DNA of 64,000 nt from Bacteroidota bacterium (GCA_018266575.1 JAFEAE010000026.1:3777-67776), one strand, 5' to 3'; shown: positions 43,445 to 54,195, numbered from the stretch's first letter. Notes: a model not told the origin generated them from the sequence alone. Made by a program: numbers and translations.

Positions 43445-44152
43445 TCAGGAAAGGAACTTATCAGGATTAGGAATAAAATTTAAAAATGCCTGGAAATTTG
43501 CCTTATATTTTTTCTTATCCAACTTATAATAGAATGCGCCTTTCTTCGAATTCATTTTATCTTTTTCTTTTTGCTTTATTAAAAGCCCCGTGGATAATAC
43601 TTTACGGCTGAAGTTGCGGTTGTCAAAAACCGTATCGTAAACACCTTCATACAAGCTCTGCAGTTGCGGGATAGTAAATTTTTGTGGTAGCAATTCAAAT
43701 AAAAGAGGGTGCAATGCTGCTTTATAACGTAATTCCTTTTGTGCGATCCTCACCATTTCATCATGATCGAAAATCAGTTCAGGTTTGTCTTTTAATAAGA
43801 ACCATTCTGCATGATATTCATCACTGATCTGTTTTTCGTATTGATGAATATCGATCAATGCGAAATATGCAATAGATAATGTTCGTTCAACCGGATCGCG
43901 GTGGGGATCGGCAAAAGTTTGCAATTGCTCCATGTACACACCTTCCAAACCAGTAAGTTGTTTCAATACGCGGTTAGCAGCTTGTTCAGGGCTTTCTTCG
44001 GGTTGAAGGAACCCCCCCATCAAACTCCATTTATTTTTTTCGGGTTTAATTCCACGCTGGATCACCAGTAATTTAATATCAAACCCGTCAAACCCAAAAA
44101 TAATACAGTCGACTGCGACAAGAATCCGTGTTTGTCCTGAGTAACGGTGCAT
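43445..44152 (-). CDS. NUDIX-domain + winged-helix transcriptional regulator (NrtR/AraR-like)
   Basis: The Nudix box is degenerate (GGFLQPEESPEQAANRVLKQLTG lacks the REx2EE acids). The C-terminal ~90 aa have a wHTH-like pattern. Divergent from the HAD/SusCD genes. Confidence 0.7.
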   Translation of the reverse strand: MHRYSGQTRILVAVDCIIFGFDGFDIKLLVIQRGIKPEKNKWSLMGGFLQPEESPEQAANRVLKQLTGLEGVYMEQLQTFADPHRDPVERTLSIAYFALIDIHQYEKQISDEYHAEWFLLKDKPELIFDHDEMVRIAQKELRYKAALHPLLFELLPQKFTIPQLQSLYEGVYDTVFDNRNFSRKVLSTGLLIKQKEKDKMNSKKGAFYYKLDKKKYKANFQAFLNFIPNPDKFLS

Positions 44153-44403
44153 TAGTAGAAATTAATTTTAGAAATTGGATATTAGTTGGTTAAGATATAC
44201 ATGTAATTAAAGCTGGTTAGCGTTATGTGAATATAACATTATTTTAAAGGTAATGATTTGGGAAATATTTTCACGCAGAGGCGCAAAGATCGCAGAAGCA
44301 TTTATCTGTTTTTATATCTCTGCGTACTCTGTGTGCCTACGTGCAATTCAAATTCAAACATTATACTAACTCTTATGCACTCCTGCATAAAATATGTTTG
44401 CCC

Positions 44404-44411
44404 TAACTTTG
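44404..44411 (+). promoter_or_regulatory. Bacteroidota-type -7 box (TAnnTTTG)
   Basis: TAACTTTG lies 8 nt upstream of the ATG at 44419. Confidence 0.4.
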
Positions 44412-44418
44412 CGGGCTT

Positions 44419-45084
44419 ATGAAAAATTCTGCAAGAGCATTTTTGTTCGACCTGAACGGAACAATGATTGATGATATGGAATTCCATGTAAAAGCATGGT
44501 ATGGGATTTTGAATGACCACCTCAATGCAAATCTCGATTGGGAACAGGTACGCCACCAGATGTATGGAAAGAATTCTGAATTATTTGTCCGTGTTTTTGG
44601 TGAAAATCGTTTTACACCTGAGGAAATGGACCACTGGTCGATGGAAAAAGAAAGGCGTTATCAGGAAAAATTTTTACCTCATTTAAAACTCATCCACGGG
44701 CTTGAACCATTTTTGAAAACAGCGAAAGAAAAAAATATCAAACTGGCGATCGGTTCTGCAGCGATTCCTTTTAATATTGACTTCGTGTTAGATAATCTGA
44801 ATATACGCAGTTATTTTGATGCCATCGTCAGTGCAGATGATGTTGCTGTAAGCAAACCGCATCCGGAAACCTACACAAAAGCAGCTTCAATGCTTCAGGT
44901 TCCGCCGGAAAACTGTATTGTTTTTGAAGATGCGCCTAAGGGGATAGAAGCTGCACAAAATGCAGGCATGAAAGCAATAGCTATAACTACCATGCATAAC
45001 CGAAATGAATTTGATAAATACGATAATATTATTGCGTTCATAGAAAACTACAACGATCCTTTTTTGGAAACGCTTTTTGCTTAA
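44419..45084 (+). CDS. HAD-superfamily hydrolase (beta-phosphoglucomutase-like subfamily)
   Basis: Motif I FLFDLNGTMIDD (second Asp replaced by Asn), cap-domain length, and motif IV VFEDAPKGIEAA. Confidence 0.75.
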   Translation: MKNSARAFLFDLNGTMIDDMEFHVKAWYGILNDHLNANLDWEQVRHQMYGKNSELFVRVFGENRFTPEEMDHWSMEKERRYQEKFLPHLKLIHGLEPFLKTAKEKNIKLAIGSAAIPFNIDFVLDNLNIRSYFDAIVSADDVAVSKPHPETYTKAASMLQVPPENCIVFEDAPKGIEAAQNAGMKAIAITTMHNRNEFDKYDNIIAFIENYNDPFLETLFA

Positions 45085-45152
45085 GTATGAGCTATGAACT
45101 ATAAACTATGAAGTAAGCAGTCATTCAACAACTCATAGTTGATAGCTCATAC
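45085..45152. terminator. Heptad-word hairpin
   Basis: gtatgagctat...atagctcatac. Same word family as 5411-5480. Confidence 0.55.
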
Positions 45153-45437
45153 TTACCCCCTTTCCATACATAATAATTATTTTAATTAATTACGATCTGT
45201 TTTATTTGACCGAACGAAGATTCCTTTTTTGCATTTTTTGCAAAATTCAACCGCATAATTAATTTAATAATCGATTTTATATCACTTCTCATTTTTATAT
45301 GATTTGACTGTTAGCAGAAAAAAAGTTTTAGTCTACCGAATATCACAAAACAGGCAGCTTTTTTCCGTTTTATTTGTCTTTAGTATAATCTTGTATTTAT
45401 TTTAAGAATTATTTATTAACTGACCAATCCTAACGTC

Positions 45438-48400
45438 ATGAGCAAATTACAATTCCTCATTGGGATACTGTTATTCCAATTTTCCTTATTGTACGGACAG
45501 ACCAAAGAAATTACCGGAAAAGTTATTGATGCAAAGGACCAGAGCCCGTTGGGTGGGGTTACTATTACTCTAAAAGGTAGCAAAGGCGTTGCACAAACCG
45601 GCACTGACGGTACCTTCACTATTAAGGTATCTGCTAAAGCAACAGCATTGCATTTGACTTACATCGGTTATGAAAATAAAGATGTGGAGATTGATGCATT
45701 GACCGGTTCTGCAGTAATTACACTGCAACAATCATCAAAAGCATTGAGTGAAGTTGTTGTAGTAGGTTATGGTAAGGCATTAAAGAAAGATCTTACCGGT
45801 TCTATTTCCAAATTGGCATCTAAAGAAATAGAAAACTTTCCGGCGCCAAGTTTTGAATCTGCAATTCAGGGAAAAGCACCGGGTGTTGTAGTAACATCAG
45901 GAAGCGGAAAATTAGGGCAGGCAATACAAGTGAGTATCCGCGGAATTTCTTCTATCTCTGCAAGCAGCCAGCCATTGTATGTTGTGGATGGTTTGCCGAT
46001 TACTTCTACAAGTGTTTCTGATGGAACAAATGATGATACCAACCCGCTTGCCGATATTAATCCTAATGATATTGAATCCGTAGAAGTTTTGAAAGATGCT
46101 TCTGCTGCTGCAATCTATGGTGCACGTGCTTCGAATGGTGTAGTATTGATAACAACAAAAAAAGGAAGGAACGGACAGAAGACAACTATTGAATTAAATG
46201 TTAGTCACGGTGTAAGTAACCCTGCACGCAAATTGCATTTCTTAAATGCAAAACAATATGTAGGGCTGATGCAGCAATCTGCAGTCAATGATGGCACCTA
46301 TGATTTCAACAACCAGATCTCAGGATATAACACAGTAGATGATGCGATCAACGATTATTTTACAAGTATCTACCAGCCAATACTTGATCAATATTCATTG
46401 GGAACTGACTGGAGAAATCAGGCAGTAAATACAAACTGGCAGGATGCACTTTATAACAAAAATGCACCTAATGACCAGATCAATCTTTCTGCAACAGGCG
46501 GAAATGATAAAACACGTTTTTTCATTTCCGGTTTTTATAATACACAGCAGGCAATTGTAATTAATAATACATTCAGCCGTTATGGAACGCGATTTAATAT
46601 TGATCATAATGCTACTGATAAATTAGTGTTCGGATTAAACCTTGCAATAGACAGGTCACAACTCAACAGGGTTACCAACGATGATGCTTTCTCTACACCC
46701 GGACAATTGGTTGCACAATTGCCTATTTCTCCTTATCTCGATCCTGCGACAGGTTTGCCAAATAATCAAACACTTTACCCAAGCGGTATTTATGATGCGT
46801 TGTATGATTACGATCACCAGATCACTTATCGTACTATAGGCAATGCCTATGGCAATTATAAGATTCTTCCTACATTATCTTTTCAATCTGAGTTTGGTGC
46901 TGATATCCTGAACCTGACAGAAAATGAATTTGCTGGGAAAGAATCTCAGGATGGTAATGGGGTTGGTTATGGGGCAACAGTAATATCACAAAGTGTTTCA
47001 TTCAACACGAATAATTATTTCACATTTACTCCGCATATCGGAGAAAATAGTAAACTTAATGCTGTACTTGGTATGAGTTATTTGCAAAATGATTACCAGC
47101 ATGGTTATGCACAGGGAAACAATTATCCGTCAGATGCGGTCAAAAATTTATCAGGCGCCACAAGTATTACCGGTGCCTCTATAACCAATACCCGCTATAC
47201 ATTCTTATCTTATTTTTTAAGAGCAAGCTACGCATATAAGGAACGGTATCTTTTATCACTCAGCGGAAGAATAGACGGTTCGTCGCGTTTCGGCCCATCA
47301 AGCAAATACGGTGTGTTCCCTGCAGCATCTGCTGGATGGGTTATTTCTGATGAAGATTTTATGAAAGATTCAAAAGCACTTAGCTTTTTGAAGTTGCGTG
47401 CAAGTTATGGTTTAACAGGTAACTCAGAAATCGGTGAGCAGCAATTCCGTTCATTATATACTGTAGCAAATTATCCAAACCTTCCTGGTTTTGTGCCAAC
47501 ACAATTGGCTAATCCTGATTTGAAATGGGAAAAGAGCCGTCAGTTCGATATCGGGCTTGATTTCGGTTTTCTTAAAAACAGGCTCACAGGAGAATTTGAT
47601 TTCTATACAAAACATACAACAGACCTGTTGTTGAACACGAACATTCCGTACACAACAGGTTATGCATCTATCTATAGAAATGCAGGTACGTTAGATAATA
47701 AAGGATTGGAGCTTGCATTAACATCAAAAAATATTGATGGCGCTTTCAAATGGACAACTACGATCAATATTGGTTACAACAAAAATAAAATCGGTGATAT
47801 AAAAGGTCAGATTATCGAAAGTGCTGATGGCTTACAACGTGCAGTGGAAGGGCAACCGATCGGGGTTTTCTATATGCAAAAGTTAATTGGTGTTGACCCG
47901 CAAACCGGAGATGCCTTATATGCAGATGCGCAAGGGAAACCAACAAACGACTATACACAGGCTGCCCGTATGGTTGTAGGTAAATACACTCCTGATTACA
48001 CAGGTGGCATCACAAATACATTTTCGTACAAAGGTTTTGACCTTAGCGTATTCTTTTATTTTGTAACAGGCAACAATATATACAATGCAGCAGGAAGGTT
48101 TATGAGTGATGGCTTTTATAACGGATGGGACAATCAAACCACCGATATGTTGAAGAGCTGGAAAAAACCGGGGGATATCACAAACATTCCAAGAACAGGT
48201 TACTACTGGGGTTCAGGAACAAGTAATTCTTCAGAGTGGTTATACAAAGGCGATTACTTACGTTTGAAAAACCTGACCATCGGTTATACTTTCCCGAAAT
48301 CATTTACATCTGCTTTGAAAATTTCGTCTGCGAGATTTTATGTTAGTGGAATTAACCTGTTGACATTTACCAAGTATCCCGGCGATCCTGAAGTAAATAC

Positions 48401-48491
48401 CAATGTGGTAAACAATATTGCAGGCGGTGAAGATTTCTATACCATACCACAGCCGAAAACAATCACGTTTGGGCTTAATATCAAATTCTAA
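45438..48491 (+). CDS. SusC/RagA-family TonB-dependent outer-membrane transporter
   Basis: Signal peptide, CarboxypepD_reg-like ITGKVIDAKDQSPLGGVTI, plug (VVVGYG...IESVEVLKDASAAAIYGARASNGVVLITTKKG), and terminal ...GLNIKF. Confidence 0.9.
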   Translation: MSKLQFLIGILLFQFSLLYGQTKEITGKVIDAKDQSPLGGVTITLKGSKGVAQTGTDGTFTIKVSAKATALHLTYIGYENKDVEIDALTGSAVITLQQSSKALSEVVVVGYGKALKKDLTGSISKLASKEIENFPAPSFESAIQGKAPGVVVTSGSGKLGQAIQVSIRGISSISASSQPLYVVDGLPITSTSVSDGTNDDTNPLADINPNDIESVEVLKDASAAAIYGARASNGVVLITTKKGRNGQKTTIELNVSHGVSNPARKLHFLNAKQYVGLMQQSAVNDGTYDFNNQISGYNTVDDAINDYFTSIYQPILDQYSLGTDWRNQAVNTNWQDALYNKNAPNDQINLSATGGNDKTRFFISGFYNTQQAIVINNTFSRYGTRFNIDHNATDKLVFGLNLAIDRSQLNRVTNDDAFSTPGQLVAQLPISPYLDPATGLPNNQTLYPSGIYDALYDYDHQITYRTIGNAYGNYKILPTLSFQSEFGADILNLTENEFAGKESQDGNGVGYGATVISQSVSFNTNNYFTFTPHIGENSKLNAVLGMSYLQNDYQHGYAQGNNYPSDAVKNLSGATSITGASITNTRYTFLSYFLRASYAYKERYLLSLSGRIDGSSRFGPSSKYGVFPAASAGWVISDEDFMKDSKALSFLKLRASYGLTGNSEIGEQQFRSLYTVANYPNLPGFVPTQLANPDLKWEKSRQFDIGLDFGFLKNRLTGEFDFYTKHTTDLLLNTNIPYTTGYASIYRNAGTLDNKGLELALTSKNIDGAFKWTTTINIGYNKNKIGDIKGQIIESADGLQRAVEGQPIGVFYMQKLIGVDPQTGDALYADAQGKPTNDYTQAARMVVGKYTPDYTGGITNTFSYKGFDLSVFFYFVTGNNIYNAAGRFMSDGFYNGWDNQTTDMLKSWKKPGDITNIPRTGYYWGSGTSNSSEWLYKGDYLRLKNLTIGYTFPKSFTSALKISSARFYVSGINLLTFTKYPGDPEVNTNVVNNIAGGEDFYTIPQPKTITFGLNIKF

Positions 48492-48522
48492 TCTTTATCC
48501 ACTTACATTAAAACAAACAGAA

Positions 48523-49917
48523 ATGAAAAAGCTAATATATATTTTCTCCGTTCTTTCATTCATCCTTTTTATTGCACCTGCGTGTAATAAAAAGTTAGAT
48601 GTGTTACCACAAAACAGTGTAACACCCGATCAGATCAAAACTTCTTCTGATGTGGAAGCATTACTTTTTGGCGGCTATGAATTATTACAAAATTATGGCG
48701 CATTTGGCGAGCAGTTCATGCTTATCCCCGATCTGCTTGCATCCCAAAACCAGGTTGATTGGGTTGGTACTTATTATGAATATGGTGATGTTCAAAACAA
48801 AGTGATTGTAAGTAACAATAGTATCCCGCAATCTATATGGTCGAATGGTTATGATATCATCAATATTGCAAATACTGTTCTGGATAAATTAAGCATCGTT
48901 GATAGTGCAGATAAAGCAACAGTGGAAGGTGAAGCAAAATTTTTAAGGGGCACTATTTATTTTGAGCTGGTTGGATTGTTTGGAAAACCATATTCAGATG
49001 GAAACGCTTCATCAAACCTTGGTGTGCCGATTGTGCTGTTACCTACCTATGATTATGATTCAACAAAAAATAAACCTGCACGTGCTGCAGTAACTGATGT
49101 GTACACGCAGGTTATCGCAGACCTTCAGGATGCAATTGGAAAACTTCCATCTACAAATGCCAATTTCCGTGCAGACATGTACAGTGCAAAAGCCATCTTA
49201 TCAAGGGTGTACCTAAGCATGGGAGATTACACCAACGCAGCTACGCAAGCTAATGATGTAATTGAATCCGGGAATTTCAGGCTAACTGATACGTACGACA
49301 AAGCGTTCAATAATAATTCAAATTCTTCAGAAGATATTTTTGCGATACAGGAAACAAATCAAAGTAATGTAGGAACAAACAACCAGGGAATTGCAACATT
49401 CTATTGCCCGCACGCGGGCCTTCCTGCGGGCCAACCAGTTGGCCGGGGCGATGCACAAATAGACCCGGGATATTTTGATTATTTTGAACCTGCAGATTTC
49501 AGGGGTACTTTTTATACCCAAGGTACAAGTATTGCAGGCGAAGATGGGAACTATACAAACAAATGGCAATTCTTTTATAAAGCAATCCCTGTTGTCCGCC
49601 TTGCCGAAATGTATCTTACACGCGGCGAAGCAAACCTTATGTTGGGCGGTGCACCAATAGGCGGAGTTACTCCATTGGCAGATATTAACATGATAAGGCA
49701 ACGCTCCGGCGCAAGCACATTAGGCTCAGTTGCTGCTTCTGATTTCATTGATGAGCGTTTCCGCGAATTAGGTTTCGAAGGCGACAGGTACTGGACCTTA
49801 CGGCGTACAAAAAATGATATCGACGGTTTGGGTTATGACGATAATGCGCTTATCTTGCCTATACCACAGCGGGAAATAGATGTGAACCAGAACCTGGTTC
49901 AAAACGCTGGCTACTGA
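48523..49917 (+). CDS. SusD/RagB-family nutrient-binding lipoprotein
   Basis: Lipobox FIAPACN from the ATG at 48523. Typical C-terminal ERFRELGFEGDRYWTLRR segment. Directly follows SusC. Confidence 0.9.
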   Translation: MKKLIYIFSVLSFILFIAPACNKKLDVLPQNSVTPDQIKTSSDVEALLFGGYELLQNYGAFGEQFMLIPDLLASQNQVDWVGTYYEYGDVQNKVIVSNNSIPQSIWSNGYDIINIANTVLDKLSIVDSADKATVEGEAKFLRGTIYFELVGLFGKPYSDGNASSNLGVPIVLLPTYDYDSTKNKPARAAVTDVYTQVIADLQDAIGKLPSTNANFRADMYSAKAILSRVYLSMGDYTNAATQANDVIESGNFRLTDTYDKAFNNNSNSSEDIFAIQETNQSNVGTNNQGIATFYCPHAGLPAGQPVGRGDAQIDPGYFDYFEPADFRGTFYTQGTSIAGEDGNYTNKWQFFYKAIPVVRLAEMYLTRGEANLMLGGAPIGGVTPLADINMIRQRSGASTLGSVAASDFIDERFRELGFEGDRYWTLRRTKNDIDGLGYDDNALILPIPQREIDVNQNLVQNAGY

Positions 49918-49943
49918 TGACTAACGTTTGCATGTCCCTACAC

Positions 49944-49975
49944 AACCGCAGTTTTTTAAACTGCGGTTTTTGTTT
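49944..49975 (+). terminator. Rho-independent terminator
   Basis: aaccgcag-ttttttaaa-ctgcggtt followed by tttttgtttt. Confidence 0.7.
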
Positions 49976-50067
49976 TACACAAGAATGAAATGACTAAGTC
50001 AATCTGTGAATCTGTGGCTTACTTTACAAAAATCCCCCTTATCTTCCTGTTTTAAAAAATACTGACG

Positions 50068-52056
50068 ATGAAAAAAATCCTTGCTGCCGGTTTATTACTA
50101 ACGGCAATGCATATCCAATCTCAACCAACACCAAAATCTCTGCAACCTTCTGATATTTACAAACTGCAAACAGTGAGCAACTGTAAAGTTTCACCTGAAG
50201 GGAACTGGATAGCTTATATATTATCTTCTGTAGATTCTGCGAAAGATAAATATGTGACTCACGTTTGGATGTGCGACTGGGAAGGAAAATCGAATATACA
50301 ACTCACAACCGGCGATGATGGGGATGATGCACCGCAATGGAGCCCGGATGGAAAATATCTTTCCTTCATTGCAGCACGGCAAAACAGTGACGACGATAAG
50401 GAAGATAAAAGCAAACTCTGGCTACTCGACAGGCGCGGTGGCGAAGCGCAAAAATTAATTGAAGTAAAAGGAAAAATTACAGATTACGCCTGGAAACCGG
50501 ACGGAAAGAAAATCCTGCTTGTAATAAAGGATCCCGATTACTCGGATACTGCCAAAACAAAAATTAAAAAGCCCTTTGTTATTGACCGTTTTCATTTTAA
50601 GGAAGATATTGAAGGCTACTTAGACAACCGCAAAACACATTTGTACCTGCTCGATATCACTTCAAAAAAAATTGATACGCTCACCCGCGGGAATTATAAC
50701 GAAACTTCTCCATCATGGAGCCCGGACGGAACACAGATTGCATTTGTAAGCAACCGAACAAATGAGCCAGACCAGAATGAAAATTTTGATATCTACACCA
50801 TGCAGGTTGCTGCCGGAGCGGAAGCAAAACAGCTAACACACTGGAAAGGCGCCGATACTAATCCTATATGGAGCCCCGATGGAAATTATATCGCTTACCT
50901 GCAAACAACCAGCGATGAAAATTTTACGATGTATGGACATACTATGCTCGCAATTGTGTCGAAAGATGGAAGCAACACAAATATTCTTTCTAAAAATTTA
51001 GACCGCCCGGTACGTAATGCAAGATGGTCGAAAGATTCAAAATCAATAGCAGCAATCGTTTCTGACGACAGGCGTTGTTACCCTGCATTATTTTCCATTA
51101 ATGGCGGCAGCATGAAAAAATTAGCAGACGGTGATGTTTGCTACAGCGAAATAGAAAACCGGAAAGAAAGTGAGTGGGTAACGGTGATGAGTACCCCAAA
51201 ACTTCCGGCAGAAATTTATGCATTACAAAATATGGTTGCAACAAGAATAACGCATACGCAGGATAGCTTCGTAAACCATATAACACTTGCCAATGTGGAA
51301 GGATTTCAATCTACAAGCAGCGATGGCACAAAAGTTTCAGGCATATTATATACACCTGCAAATGCAGGAAATAAAAAACTGCCATTGATATTATACATTC
51401 ATGGTGGCCCGGTTGCGCAGGACGATTATGAATTTGATATGGAACGACAGGTCATGGCTTGTGGCGGGTATGCTGTGGCAGCAGTTAATTATCGTGGAAG
51501 CGATAGCCGAGGTTTAGCTTATTGCCGCGCCATTTTTGCCGATTGGGGAAACAAGGAAGTAAAGGATATTATCGGAGCGGCAGATCATTTAATTGCAAAA
51601 GGAGTTGCAGATTCATCGAAGATGGGTATTATGGGCTGGAGTTATGGTGGCATTCTCACAGATTACACCATTGCAACGGACCCGCGCTTCAAAGCCGCAT
51701 CCAGCGGGGCCGGCAGCGCATTGCAATTAAGCATGTGGGGCGTTGATGAATATGTGAACCAATACAACAATGAACTGGGTACTCCCTGGGAACATCTCGA
51801 TAAATATCTGCAACTCTCCTATCCTTTTTTAAAAGCGAATAAAATAAAAACGCCTACATTATTCATGGCATCGCAGAGTGATTTTAACGTGCCTTCTGTT
51901 GGTGCGGAACAAATGTACCAGGCATTGCGAACACTTGGCATACCAACCCAGTTGGTTATTTATCCCGGCCAGTTTCATGAGATCACTGTGCCTTCTTATC
52001 TCGAAGACCGTTTGCAACGCTGGTTGAATTGGTTTGATAAATATTTGAAGAAGTAG
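50068..52056 (+). CDS. S9-family serine peptidase (beta-propeller + alpha/beta-hydrolase)
   Basis: Repeated WSPDG propeller motifs, the catalytic GWSYGG, and later D and H regions (SQSDFNVP, GQFHE). Confidence 0.9.
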   Translation: MKKILAAGLLLTAMHIQSQPTPKSLQPSDIYKLQTVSNCKVSPEGNWIAYILSSVDSAKDKYVTHVWMCDWEGKSNIQLTTGDDGDDAPQWSPDGKYLSFIAARQNSDDDKEDKSKLWLLDRRGGEAQKLIEVKGKITDYAWKPDGKKILLVIKDPDYSDTAKTKIKKPFVIDRFHFKEDIEGYLDNRKTHLYLLDITSKKIDTLTRGNYNETSPSWSPDGTQIAFVSNRTNEPDQNENFDIYTMQVAAGAEAKQLTHWKGADTNPIWSPDGNYIAYLQTTSDENFTMYGHTMLAIVSKDGSNTNILSKNLDRPVRNARWSKDSKSIAAIVSDDRRCYPALFSINGGSMKKLADGDVCYSEIENRKESEWVTVMSTPKLPAEIYALQNMVATRITHTQDSFVNHITLANVEGFQSTSSDGTKVSGILYTPANAGNKKLPLILYIHGGPVAQDDYEFDMERQVMACGGYAVAAVNYRGSDSRGLAYCRAIFADWGNKEVKDIIGAADHLIAKGVADSSKMGIMGWSYGGILTDYTIATDPRFKAASSGAGSALQLSMWGVDEYVNQYNNELGTPWEHLDKYLQLSYPFLKANKIKTPTLFMASQSDFNVPSVGAEQMYQALRTLGIPTQLVIYPGQFHEITVPSYLEDRLQRWLNWFDKYLKK

Positions 52057-52061
52057 GTTAT

Positions 52062-52137
52062 GTATGAAGTATGAGCTATGAACTATGAAGTAAGTTATTA
52101 TTCAAGCAACTCATACTTCATAGCTCATAGCTCATAC
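52062..52137. terminator. Heptad-word hairpin
   Basis: gtatgaagtatgagctatgaactatgaagta ... actcatacttcatagctcatagctcatac. Confidence 0.55.
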
Positions 52138-52183
52138 TTATTGGTATTATATAACCGATTTTTTGTACCAAGCAACAAAATTT

Positions 52184-52398
52184 CTATTAAGCATTCTTGC
52201 GTCGCACTCTTGTACAGCAACAATTCTGCTCAGCGCTTCCCAACAGGTAACATACTATTATTAAGACCTGTCAGGTTTTTAAAACCTGACAGGTCTGTAA
52301 TTTCTAGTGATAGATTTTTTAAATAGATGAGTTGCCGGTTATGAGCCGCTGAATAAAGTTTCATCCGTACAAGTGTGCGACGCAAGAATGCTTAATAG
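52184..52398. mobile_element. MITE-like 215-bp element with 32-nt family-B terminal inverted repeats
   Basis: Left arm ctattaagcattcttgcgtcgcactcttgtac (52184-52215). The right arm 52367-52398 is its reverse complement with one mismatch. Internal perfect hairpin gacctgtcaggttttt/aaaacctgacaggtc (52265-52295). No coding capacity. Confidence 0.5.
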
Positions 52399-52494
52399 TA
52401 GCACTGCCGCTTAGTACATAATAAAAAACATTTGCATTATTGGCAACTTGCGTTTCTGTTTGAAATTTCGTCAGGCCGGGACAGTCAGGCGTGG

Positions 52495-54195
52495 TTACCA
52501 GAAACGGACGTATATCAACATCAGCAGGATCAGCGTAATGACAACCAGCGCCGTTGTTGACGGACTGAGTTTGAACATTTGTTTGTCGAGTGCAAATGCT
52601 TTTGGATTTACTTTCGGGCCGACAAGGCTTAATGAAACCATTACAAGCACCGTAAAGAAAAACGACCATCCCATACTTACCAAGAATGGAATTTCATAAA
52701 CACCTTTGCTGTTGATGAATGCAGTATAAAGCCATGTTTCGTGGCCGAAAAGCTGTGGTGCAAAATCATTGAACAAAACTGCCATCGCAAAACCGGTTAT
52801 CAACCCGGCAATTGCTGCGGTGCCTGTTGTGCGTTTCCAGAACATTCCTAAAATGAACATTGCGAATATGCCGGGGCTGATATAGCCAGTGTATTTTTGA
52901 ATATAGGTGAAGCCGCCTTCTTTGCTGATGCCAAGCAGATCGTTCCAGGTGAAAGCAACAGAAAAAAACATGGCAACAAAAATGGCGATGCGCCCCATGC
53001 GGACCATTTGTTTTTCATCTGCTTCTTTACGGATATATTTTTTGTAAATATCCAGTGTGAAGATGGTGGAGATACTGTTTGCTTTTCCCGCAAGCGAAGC
53101 AACGATGGCTGCTGTTAGCGCCGCCAGCGACAACCCTTTAAATCCGTTCGGAAGAAAACCTAACACCGATGAGTATGCGTTATCCGGGTTAAATTTTCCG
53201 CCGGTTGACATTTCGGCTTGTAAAGAACCATTTTTATACAATACAAACGCTGCAATACCCGGTAGCATCACGATAATCGGCATCATCAGTTTTAATAGTC
53301 CTGCAAATAAAATTCCGGTACGTGCAGTTTGCAGGTTTGCACCTAATGCACGTTGTGTGATGTATTGATTACAACCCCAGTAATTCAAATTCACAATCCA
53401 CTGGCCTGCAAAATACATGACAATGCCCGGCAGGATAAGATATTTATTTATTTCATTTTGCGGTGTGCTTGCATCTGGCTTTTTTAATATCATGTGAAAA
53501 TGGTCCGGCGCATCGCTTAGTAATTTATTAAACCCTGCAAGGGCATCTTTGCCAAGCCCGAACTTTTCACTGACCAGTGTTAATGCAACATAAGTTGTTA
53601 CTAACCCTCCGATGATCAAAACCAATACTTGTATAACATCTGTATAACCAATCACCTTCATTCCGCCAAGTGTAATAACAATTGCAAAAATGGAAAGGCA
53701 GACCATGATCGCGTGAAGATGTGCGCCACCAAGAAGGTTATTAATTGCAAGGGCGCCGAGGTACATAATCGATGTGATATTCACGAACACATATAATAGT
53801 AACCAGAAGATGGTCATGATAAGGCTCACCGTTTCGTTATACCGCGTTTTTAAAAACTGCGGCATGGTAAATATTTTGTTTTTAAGATATACAGGCATGA
53901 ACCAGATGGCAACGATAATAAGCGCAATGGCAGCGATCCATTCATAAGCAGCAATAGCAATCCCAACAAAAAAACCATTTCCACTCATACCGATAAACTG
54001 CTCTGCCGAAATATTTGATGCAATGAGGGAAGCTCCGATCGCCCACCAGGTCAGTGAACCTTCAGCAAGAAAAAAGTCGTGTGTGTCTGTTACCTTTTTT
54101 TTCTTGCGCTGATACACCCAATATCCATAACCTGCAACAATGAAGAAGTAAATAATGAAGACAATGTAATCAGCCCCTACCAGTTTGTTGTGCAT
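52495..54195 (-). CDS. Sodium:solute symporter family (SGLT-like) transporter
   Basis: ~14 TM segments. N-terminal FLAEGSLTWWAIGASLIASNISAEQFIGMSG is the SSS signature. The ATG at 54195 is preferred over the TTG at 54201. Confidence 0.9.
   Translation of the reverse strand: MHNKLVGADYIVFIIYFFIVAGYGYWVYQRKKKKVTDTHDFFLAEGSLTWWAIGASLIASNISAEQFIGMSGNGFFVGIAIAAYEWIAAIALIIVAIWFMPVYLKNKIFTMPQFLKTRYNETVSLIMTIFWLLLYVFVNITSIMYLGALAINNLLGGAHLHAIMVCLSIFAIVITLGGMKVIGYTDVIQVLVLIIGGLVTTYVALTLVSEKFGLGKDALAGFNKLLSDAPDHFHMILKKPDASTPQNEINKYLILPGIVMYFAGQWIVNLNYWGCNQYITQRALGANLQTARTGILFAGLLKLMMPIIVMLPGIAAFVLYKNGSLQAEMSTGGKFNPDNAYSSVLGFLPNGFKGLSLAALTAAIVASLAGKANSISTIFTLDIYKKYIRKEADEKQMVRMGRIAIFVAMFFSVAFTWNDLLGISKEGGFTYIQKYTGYISPGIFAMFILGMFWKRTTGTAAIAGLITGFAMAVLFNDFAPQLFGHETWLYTAFINSKGVYEIPFLVSMGWSFFFTVLVMVSLSLVGPKVNPKAFALDKQMFKLSPSTTALVVITLILLMLIYVRFW

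Noticed and set aside
52361-52699. ORFs 52361-52669 (-) and 52448-52699 (+)
   Set aside because: They overlap the MITE-like repeat arm and the 3' end of the SSS transporter gene, and have no independent support.
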